Source: an uncultured Syntrophaceae bacterium (lineage in GTDB: Bacteria > Desulfobacterota > Syntrophia > Syntrophales > UBA6109). From it: 32,000 nt of DNA. Made by a program: the position numbers and the translations under genes. Numbering within the stretch: position 1 is the first letter of the stretch; the number at the start of each line of letters is the position of its first letter. This document shows, in pieces, positions 25,562-31,864 of this stretch. The notes beneath the pieces were generated by a model that saw nothing but the letters and a program-made list of their open reading frames with translations, was not told the origin of the DNA and did not search any database. The stretch is taken from NCBI GenBank assembly GCA_964506465.1, contig CAZDLM010000028.1:1-32000 (forward strand), read 5' to 3'.

Positions 25562-25972
25562 CTAAAAACACTGCTCTTTGTCAAGCGATTTGTGCCGCGG
25601 ACTGACGACCGGTTCGGCGGTAAAAGCCCCCGTACAGGCCGGTTCGCCGGCTATTGCGACGCTGAAGAGATAGGTCCATCCGTCCCGCCCCTCCCGCCTG
25701 GATATCTTCAGCGTCAGTTCCTCATCCGGCCTGACCGGAAGGCGAAAACGGACCCTCCCGAGACCGGTAATCCTCATCGACCTTCCCTCCCCGCGTTCCG
25801 CCGCAAGGATCGCCTCTTCCACCAGCGCCAGGATGGCGATTCCCGGAAGCAGCGGGGCGCCGGGGAAATGGCCGTCGTACCACGCCGAATCCGCTGAAAC
25901 GCTTGCCGAAGCCGCTATGCGGTCCGCCGTACCCGAACGGCGCGACAACGCCTGATGGAACGTCTTCTTCAT
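25562..25972 (-). CDS. FabZ-like (3R)-hydroxyacyl-ACP dehydratase (single hotdog)
   Basis: 136 aa. YDGHFPGAPLLPGIAILALVEE matches the FabZ His/Glu active-site segment (HFPxxPxxPG). Confidence 0.8.
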   Translation of the reverse strand: MKKTFHQALSRRSGTADRIAASASVSADSAWYDGHFPGAPLLPGIAILALVEEAILAAERGEGRSMRITGLGRVRFRLPVRPDEELTLKISRREGRDGWTYLFSVAIAGEPACTGAFTAEPVVSPRHKSLDKEQCF

Positions 25973-26832
25973 TTGTCCTCCGGACCTTTCCTGATTTCGG
26001 GAACAGCGCCGGACCGCGGAAGGGTTGCCGGTTCCATCACCGGCCTGCCGGTCAACTGCGACAGCGGCACGACCTCATACCCCTTCGACTTCAGCCCCAG
26101 GACGATCTGCTCCATCTCCTCCATCCAGTCTGCGATCCCGCCGTCGCCGGACGGCGTGACGTCGTGGAGAAGGACGACGGCCCCGGGGCGGACCCTCGAA
26201 AGGATGCCTTTGGCCAAGCCCCGGATGCGGCGGTTCCCGAAATCGCCGGCCCGGCAGCTGAAGGTGATGCAGTCCATGTCCAGCGTCCTGAGCACCCCCC
26301 GCAGTCTCGGATTGGTGATGCCCACGGGCGGCCGGAAAGCGCGGGGCAGGATGCCGAAACCGGACAGCAGTTCCTGGGCGCGGGTGATCTCATCGCAGAG
26401 TCTCGCGCGGGAACGCAGCATCAACAGAGGGTCATGATGGTAGGAGTGATTGCCGATGGCGTGCCCCCGCGACAGGATCTCCCGGATCAACGCCGGATGC
26501 CGTTTCGCCTCGACCCCCACCACAAAGAAAGTCGCCGGCAGCCGATGCCGATCCAGGAGGTCGAGCAGACCGGGCGTGACTTCCGGATCGGGGCCGTCGT
26601 CGAACGTCAGGGACACCGCCCGGCGGTCTCCCGCTCCGCGGCTGATCACCGGCAGGAAGAAACCCGCCCGGGGCAGAAAGGGGGCGGCCAGGCAGGAGAG
26701 AACAAACAGGCCGAGGGGGACGGCGGCCATTTCCGCACGCACGAACATCAGGCCCCCGGAGAGGAGCATCGATGCAGCGCCCGCGATATGGGCCGGCGAC
26801 GGATTCCTTCCAGCGGTCGACGCCTTGTTCAT
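25969..26832 (-). CDS. NodB-homology (polysaccharide deacetylase family) protein, membrane anchored
   Basis: 287 aa from ATG 26832 (ATGA overlap with the upstream stop; alternative ATG 26850). Two N-terminal hydrophobic helices. NodB motifs LTFDDGPD and GNHSYHH. Confidence 0.8.
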   Translation of the reverse strand: MNKASTAGRNPSPAHIAGAASMLLSGGLMFVRAEMAAVPLGLFVLSCLAAPFLPRAGFFLPVISRGAGDRRAVSLTFDDGPDPEVTPGLLDLLDRHRLPATFFVVGVEAKRHPALIREILSRGHAIGNHSYHHDPLLMLRSRARLCDEITRAQELLSGFGILPRAFRPPVGITNPRLRGVLRTLDMDCITFSCRAGDFGNRRIRGLAKGILSRVRPGAVVLLHDVTPSGDGGIADWMEEMEQIVLGLKSKGYEVVPLSQLTGRPVMEPATLPRSGAVPEIRKGPEDK

Positions 26833-28178
26833 CTCAGCAACAGCTCCCACAGCGGACCGGAATGACCGCGGGCGTACATCCGGGCCACGGCGCGTTCCGT
26901 CTGAGCGCTGCCGTCCCCATAAATCCAGTTCAGGCGGCCCCGGGCTTGCCGCTTCACGCGCTCCCTGATCTCATCCTTCGCAATTCCCTTGGAGCGATAA
27001 AAGATCGGGGTCAGAAGATCCTGATCCGGTGCGATCTGTCCCTCCTCCAGCGAGAGTTGATAAAGCGGGGTCTGGGGGAAGATCCGTACGCCACAGAAGA
27101 GGAAGAACACCGCCTTTCCCAGCGCCTCCATGCCGGCCAGCGTCTCTTCCAGGGTCTGTGCGTCCTCTCCGGGCCCGCCCAGCAGAAAGTAGTGGGCGAT
27201 GTGGATCCCTGCCCCCCGGGCGCTCGCGTGGGCGGCGAAGACGTCCCCCGCTTGAAATGGTTTCTGGTAGCGCCTCAACTGCGCGTTGCACAGAGATTCC
27301 GTTCCGAATTCGGCGTGCGTCATTCCGGCGTCGGCCAGGGCGCTGTAATAACCCTCGGCCGGACGCCGCGGGGCCAGAAAAGCCCCCCAGGGAATGCCGA
27401 GCCGTTCGCGCCGGAAGGCCTCGGCGACGGCAAGGCTGTGGTCCTCGTCGGCGTTGAAGACCGAGTCCGTGATGAAAAGAAACCGGGCGCCCAGTTCCTC
27501 CAGTTCCCGCGCCTGCCGGGCGACCTCTTCCGGGGGGAAGAACCGGAATTTGCGCCCCTCGATCAGGGGGAAGGAGCAATAAAAACAGCGGAACGGACAA
27601 CCCCGCTTCGTCTGAAGGTTCATGATCCCTCCGCGATCGAGGTAGAAGCGAAGCCCGGCTTCGCCGGGCGCCGTCCGCCGCGCCACTTTTCCGGTCCAGG
27701 GTACGGGGCACCCGACGGGTCCGCCGCGCGTTACGATCCCGGGCAGGACGGCGGGGTCCGTGCGTTCTTCGAGGGCGGCGAGCAGCAGCGACATGGCCTC
27801 CCCCTCCCCGACCACGCCGAAATCGGCATCCAGCCGGGACATGAACTCGCGGGGAAAGATGGAAAAGCCGCTGCCGCCGAGAACGATGGGGGCCTGCGTG
27901 CGCGCCCTGATGAACCGTGCAAGCGCCTCATAACCCGGAATGAAGCTCTTCGTATCGAGGGTATCTTCGTTGTCGATATTCCGGATGGAGATTCCGATGA
28001 CGTCCGGACGATCGACTCTCAGGGAGTCTTCCAGACGATCCTGAGCCCCGGCAACGTTCATGTCCAGGATTCGCACCTCATGACGGGGCGTCAGGGCCTG
28101 CATGACATAATCGAGCCCGAGCGGATAAACCGGGTGCGGGGTCGTGACCGTGTTGGCCGAAATGAGCAGCACCTTCAT
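26829..28178 (-). CDS. B12-binding-domain radical SAM enzyme (lipid-cluster type)
   Basis: 449 aa. N-terminal domain MKVLLISANTVTTPHPVYPLGLDYV, VIGISIRN, VLGGSGFS. CxxxCxxC in TKRGCPFRCFYCS. Confidence 0.85.
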   Translation of the reverse strand: MKVLLISANTVTTPHPVYPLGLDYVMQALTPRHEVRILDMNVAGAQDRLEDSLRVDRPDVIGISIRNIDNEDTLDTKSFIPGYEALARFIRARTQAPIVLGGSGFSIFPREFMSRLDADFGVVGEGEAMSLLLAALEERTDPAVLPGIVTRGGPVGCPVPWTGKVARRTAPGEAGLRFYLDRGGIMNLQTKRGCPFRCFYCSFPLIEGRKFRFFPPEEVARQARELEELGARFLFITDSVFNADEDHSLAVAEAFRRERLGIPWGAFLAPRRPAEGYYSALADAGMTHAEFGTESLCNAQLRRYQKPFQAGDVFAAHASARGAGIHIAHYFLLGGPGEDAQTLEETLAGMEALGKAVFFLFCGVRIFPQTPLYQLSLEEGQIAPDQDLLTPIFYRSKGIAKDEIRERVKRQARGRLNWIYGDGSAQTERAVARMYARGHSGPLWELLLR

Positions 28179-28208
28179 GAAGTCAACCTTTCCAGCTCGC
28201 CGACGCCC

Positions 28209-28571
28209 TCACCGTCCGTCCATCTTTTCGACGGTCCTTCGCGCGGCCCAACGGAGGAAGAACAAGACATAGGTCGATCCGGCAAGCCAGGAACCGACCA
28301 TGAAAACAATGTGGGAAAGGCCGTAGGTCAAGGGACCCCCGACGGCGACAACGAGCGGCTCATTCAGGGAATAGGCCATGACGGCCAGAAGCCCCACCGC
28401 CGGCCAGCCGATGAGGTAGCTCAAACCAACGAGTCCCAGCCCCACCCAGACCCGGGGTTGCGGTCTCCCGCGCAGCGAAGAGAGATCCCCCTTCTCCTCC
28501 ATGGCCTCGCGCACAAAACGCATCCGGACCAGCCGGCGGACGATCGCTGCCCTGATCGGACCCCCTGACAT
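28209..28571 (-). CDS. Small integral membrane protein (hypothetical), first gene of the cluster
   Basis: 120 aa from ATG 28571, preceded by GGAGGGAG. About three hydrophobic segments (VWVGLGLVGLSYLIGWPAVGLLAVMAY, PLVVAVGGPLTYGLSHIVFMVGSWLAG, TYVLFFLRW). No recognisable motif. Confidence 0.55.
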   Translation of the reverse strand: MSGGPIRAAIVRRLVRMRFVREAMEEKGDLSSLRGRPQPRVWVGLGLVGLSYLIGWPAVGLLAVMAYSLNEPLVVAVGGPLTYGLSHIVFMVGSWLAGSTYVLFFLRWAARRTVEKMDGR

Positions 28572-28927
28572 CGCCTTACTCCCTCCGCACCCCTTGCCGG
28601 AACGCTCCCCGCCGCTTCCGGATCCGCGCCATCACCGCCGGGAACGCCATCCCCGGCCCGACCGGCTGAAGAGGTTTTATATCCCAAAAGCATCTTCAGC
28701 GCCATCTCTTTGGGTTTCCCGGCTCCCTGTCTCGTTCCCCGGCCGGGAGGAGCAGGAATCCGCAAGAGAATATTGATTTTCATTTATTTTCAGGATATGC
28801 AGAAGCCCAATGCGCGCAGGCAGGTATATGCAACTCTTCACCTCTTTCTTCAACTGCCCGCTCTTCGCTTCATTTCCACAAAAGACGCATCAAGAAATTG
28901 TCACGATAGAAAAAGGAGGATCCGAAC
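28572..28927. promoter_or_regulatory. Divergent intergenic/promoter region between the 25-gene operon and the lipoprotein-ligase operon
   Basis: 356-bp non-coding gap between divergent starts (28571 minus, 28928 plus). AT-rich core around 28765-28800 (gaatattgattttcatttattttcaggatatgc). Candidate plus-strand TTGATT(28773)-17 nt-TATGCA. Strong SD AAAGGAGGA before 28928. No promoter could be assigned with confidence. Confidence 0.4.
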
Positions 28928-29533
28928 ATGAATATGAAAAGATGCGCGTCTCTGGCGGCAGGTTTTGCGCTGTGCCTCTTTCTGACTTCCTGCAGTTCGA
29001 CAACCGATGCCGTAAAAGTCCCTCTGAACCATTACTCTCCAAATTTGAAGTCGGACCTGAGCAAATACAAGGGAAAACCGATCTATCTGATGAACTTCGA
29101 CAATCAGGCCAAAAATACCACCAACTTTTACTATTTGAGCCTTGACCGGAAATTTGCCTATCACGGAGACTCCCTCATCCACAACTATTTCTGGTATTCC
29201 TTCGACAAGGCCCTGAAGAATCTCGGCATGGTCGTCTCCAACCCGAATCGGCCGGATGCCGTTGCGCCGGGCGTGTGGCTGACCCTGAAATCGATCACCG
29301 ACGCCCGCTACGTGGTGGAGGTAAAGATCCAGACGCGATGGGAGCCGTTCTTCACGAAGACCTACGAGGTCGCGGGAGATGCCTCCGTCGGTGACGGAAA
29401 GACGCCGGCCGAACTGGAAAAGAGGGCCTACCTCATGACCAACCGGCTCATCGAGGGCATCTTGACCGACGTGGAATTTCAGAACGCCTTTTTCAAGGCC
29501 GTCAAGGAGATGGCATCGACGAAAGGCACCTGA
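28928..29533 (+). CDS. Lipoprotein (hypothetical)
   Basis: 201 aa with signal peptide plus lipobox MNMKRCASLAAGFALCLFLTSC. Strong SD. No recognisable catalytic motif. Confidence 0.75.
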   Translation: MNMKRCASLAAGFALCLFLTSCSSTTDAVKVPLNHYSPNLKSDLSKYKGKPIYLMNFDNQAKNTTNFYYLSLDRKFAYHGDSLIHNYFWYSFDKALKNLGMVVSNPNRPDAVAPGVWLTLKSITDARYVVEVKIQTRWEPFFTKTYEVAGDASVGDGKTPAELEKRAYLMTNRLIEGILTDVEFQNAFFKAVKEMASTKGT

Positions 29534-29544
29534 GAAGACGACGC

Positions 29545-30987
29545 ATGACCGGGACCCCTGACATGCCGGCAGCGGAAATGACGATGTACGAAACGATTGC
29601 GGCCCTTCTGGAGAAAGAGGCCTCCCCTTTCGTCCCTTCCGGGCCGACCATAGGGGAAATCGCCGCGTTGGCCGCCGGATTCCGGGATTTCTTCGCCCGT
29701 TCGAGAACGCCCGCCGATGAGCCGGTTTGCCTGTGCGTCGAGAACCGGTCGCACCTGCTGGCGGCCGTGCTCGCCTCTCTGGCGGGCGCCCCGCCTTTCA
29801 TCCTCCCGCATGCCTGTCACCCGCAGGTTCTCAAAGAGGCGCAGGGAGAGAGGCCCTTCCGGATGATCCTCGCCGACGTCGCCGTGGAGGCGCCGAAGGG
29901 GGCGGCCGTCATCGATATCGCGGCATGCCGTCCGGGCCATGGACCCCTGAAGCTTACCCGCCCTCCGAAGCAGCCCCTCGTCTTTCTCTTCACGGGGGGC
30001 TCCACCGGAAAACCACGGCTCTGGTCCAAGACCCCCGAAAATCTGTTCGGCGAGGCCTTCCACCTGGCCGGATCCCTCGGCATCGGTCCGGCCGACCTCA
30101 TCCTCTCCACCGTCGGCCCCCAGCATATCTACGGTCTGCTCGGCTCCGTTCTTCTCCCCTTCATCGCATCGGCGCAGGTCATCGGGCGAACCTGCACGTT
30201 TCCCCGGGAGATCCTCGGCGCACTCCGCAGAGACAGTGCCACGATCCTGGTCAGCGTCCCCGCCCATTACCGGGCACTCAGGGCCACGGATCTCACCCGC
30301 CATGCCCTGAGGATCGCACTCTCCTCCGCAGCCCCGCTGGATCCCGAAGACGCCGCCGCCTTCCTGGACAAGACGGGACTGGCGATCCGGGAAATCTACG
30401 GGTCGACGGAAACCGGAGGGATGGGAATGCGGACGTCCGGCGAAAATCACGGATCCTGGAAGCCCTTCACCTGTCTGGACTGGAAGATCCTCGCGGACCG
30501 GCTCTGCGTGCGTTCGCCTTTCGTCTCCCCGGATCTCCCGCGCGACGAGGCCGGTTTTTTCACGACGGCGGATCGCGCCGCCGCGGACGATGGAAACCGC
30601 TTCCGCGTCCTGGGGCGTGCGGATCGCATCGTCAAGATTGCCGGCAAGCGGGTCGATCTGGAGGAGATCCGGGAGAAGATCCGGCGGATCCCCGGCGTGA
30701 CGGACGCCCACGTAACGACGGTTCCCCTGAAGGGGGCCAGGCAGATGGAAATCGTGGCCCTTGTGGCCAGCGATCAGCCCGCCCGTCAGGTCAGGGCCGC
30801 CGTCCGGTCCCTGGACGATCCTTACGGCCGTCCGCGCCGGATTCGCATCGTCAGGGCCGTTCCCGTCCTTCCGAACGGCAAGGTCGACCGGCATCGCATC
30901 GAGAAGCTCTTCGCCGCACCCCATCGCCCGAAGGCGGCCGAGGGCCTCACGGACCGCGTCCCTCCTTCCCCTCCCCCGTATCCCTGA
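29545..30987 (+). CDS. Adenylate-forming enzyme (AMP-dependent synthetase/ligase, short APE-cluster-like form)
   Basis: 480 aa with FLFTGGSTGKPRLW (P-loop-type AMP motif), EIYGSTETGG, and TADRAA...GRADRIVKIAGKRVDLEEI. Confidence 0.85.
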   Translation: MTGTPDMPAAEMTMYETIAALLEKEASPFVPSGPTIGEIAALAAGFRDFFARSRTPADEPVCLCVENRSHLLAAVLASLAGAPPFILPHACHPQVLKEAQGERPFRMILADVAVEAPKGAAVIDIAACRPGHGPLKLTRPPKQPLVFLFTGGSTGKPRLWSKTPENLFGEAFHLAGSLGIGPADLILSTVGPQHIYGLLGSVLLPFIASAQVIGRTCTFPREILGALRRDSATILVSVPAHYRALRATDLTRHALRIALSSAAPLDPEDAAAFLDKTGLAIREIYGSTETGGMGMRTSGENHGSWKPFTCLDWKILADRLCVRSPFVSPDLPRDEAGFFTTADRAAADDGNRFRVLGRADRIVKIAGKRVDLEEIREKIRRIPGVTDAHVTTVPLKGARQMEIVALVASDQPARQVRAAVRSLDDPYGRPRRIRIVRAVPVLPNGKVDRHRIEKLFAAPHRPKAAEGLTDRVPPSPPPYP

Positions 30988-31864
30988 GAAAAGTCTCGAA
31001 GTGATACCACTCGTCGGGATGCGCGCGGGCCGTTTCGGCGAGCAGATCCGCATACGTCTGGGCCGCCGTCTCGACGGCCCTGCGGCGTTCGGCGCGCGAG
31101 GCGACGGCGACGAAGACGGGCGGCTTTGCGACGACGTGGTAACGCCCTCGTCCCGTGCGATGGCCGAAGAAGATCAGGAGCGGCGCCCCGGAGATGCTCG
31201 CCAGGATATAGGGAATTTCCGGGAGCCGGGCCTCGCCGCCGGCGAACCGAACGGTGACGGACCGCTGGTCCTGAGCCCATAACCGGTCCCCCGTGAGGGA
31301 AACTAGCCCGCCGCTCCGCAGGAAATCCAGGCCTTCCAGGATGTCGATCGCCGACGCCGCTTCCTCCGGAGCCGAGACGACGCGGATCCCGTTTGCCTTC
31401 ACGGTCCGTTTCTGACGCCCCTCGATCTGCTCCCGGCGCTTCTCCCCGAGATAGAGCAGCAGCCTGATCCGCGGGTCCCCCTCGCCCATGCGCATGAGGA
31501 GCTGTGCGGCGATTTCCCAGCCGCCCACGTGCGACATGAGGATGATTCCGCCCCGGCCGCCGTGGGCGGCGGCAACGATATGTTCCCATCCCTCGCAGGT
31601 GAACGGAAGCCCGCCGTCTTCCGCCAGGCGGAACCGGTCCAGGAAGACGTGGACGAAGGAGTGATATTGCCGCCAGGTGCGCAACAGAGCGTGCAGCCGC
31701 GGCCTTTCCGGGAAGAGACGGCGGTAGAACCGGACGCTGACGGCGACGCGGCGGGGGCAAAGAAGGAAGTAGCCCGTCGCCACGTGCCAGGCGATCAGCA
31801 GGAAGATCCAGTCTCCGAACGTCCTCGCCAGGGCCATGAGACAGCGGTAGAAGAGATCCTTCAC
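30947..31864 (-). CDS. LpxL/HtrB-type (lipid A biosynthesis-like) acyltransferase family protein
   Basis: 305 aa from GTG 31864 (GTGA overlap with the upstream stop). N-terminal TM segment. H(X)4E in ILMSHVGGWEIA, as in the LpxL HFMSLE segment (from memory). Overall layout of this family. Confidence 0.7.
   Translation of the reverse strand: MKDLFYRCLMALARTFGDWIFLLIAWHVATGYFLLCPRRVAVSVRFYRRLFPERPRLHALLRTWRQYHSFVHVFLDRFRLAEDGGLPFTCEGWEHIVAAAHGGRGGIILMSHVGGWEIAAQLLMRMGEGDPRIRLLLYLGEKRREQIEGRQKRTVKANGIRVVSAPEEAASAIDILEGLDFLRSGGLVSLTGDRLWAQDQRSVTVRFAGGEARLPEIPYILASISGAPLLIFFGHRTGRGRYHVVAKPPVFVAVASRAERRRAVETAAQTYADLLAETARAHPDEWYHFETFLRDTGEGKEGRGP

Larger units (their letters stand above)
5776..28571 (-). 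other. Co-directional 25-gene biosynthetic cluster (type II FAS/PKS + radical SAM + glycerolipid acyltransferases)
   Basis: All 25 genes are on the minus strand. Ten junctions overlap or are <=4 nt apart: ATGA at 26829-26832, 25969-25972, 20295-20298 and 11397-11400; TGATG at 12267-12271; 8-nt overlap 6986-6993; 34-nt overlap 19807-19840; 2-4 nt gaps at 24006-24007, 18973-18976 and 8246-8249. The largest internal gaps are 265 and 155 nt. Confidence 0.8.

Noticed and set aside
26772-28568. 598-aa plus-strand ORF
   Set aside because: It lies antisense to the B12-rSAM gene 26829..28178 and the small membrane protein gene.
5776-28571. Idea that this is a canonical fab operon or a Pfa-type PUFA synthase
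   Set aside because: There is no FabD/FabG/FabI/FabH set and no multidomain megasynthase. All components are discrete, and there are many non-fab enzymes (rSAM, CrtI-like, PlsY, NodB, MipA).
28572-28770. Possible cobalamin or SAM riboswitch in the putative leader of the big operon
   Set aside because: GGGAGCCGGGAAACCC and AGCCGGTCGGGCCGG only vaguely resemble the cobalamin riboswitch core and B12 box as I remember them, and no SAM-I-like core was seen. This cannot be supported without a covariance-model scan, so it is kept only as a test suggestion.
28421-28783. 120-aa minus-strand ORF spanning the start of the operon and part of the intergenic region
   Set aside because: It overlaps the better-supported membrane-protein gene (good SD, hydrophobic segments) in another frame. 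It is Gly/Arg/Ala-rich with no features.
29479-31760. Minus-strand ORFs 29479..31053 (524 aa) and 30822..31760 (312 aa), and plus-strand ORF 29727..31004 (425 aa)
   Set aside because: They lie antisense or off-frame to the adenylating enzyme and the LpxL-type acyltransferase. They are Arg/Gly/Pro-rich with no motifs.
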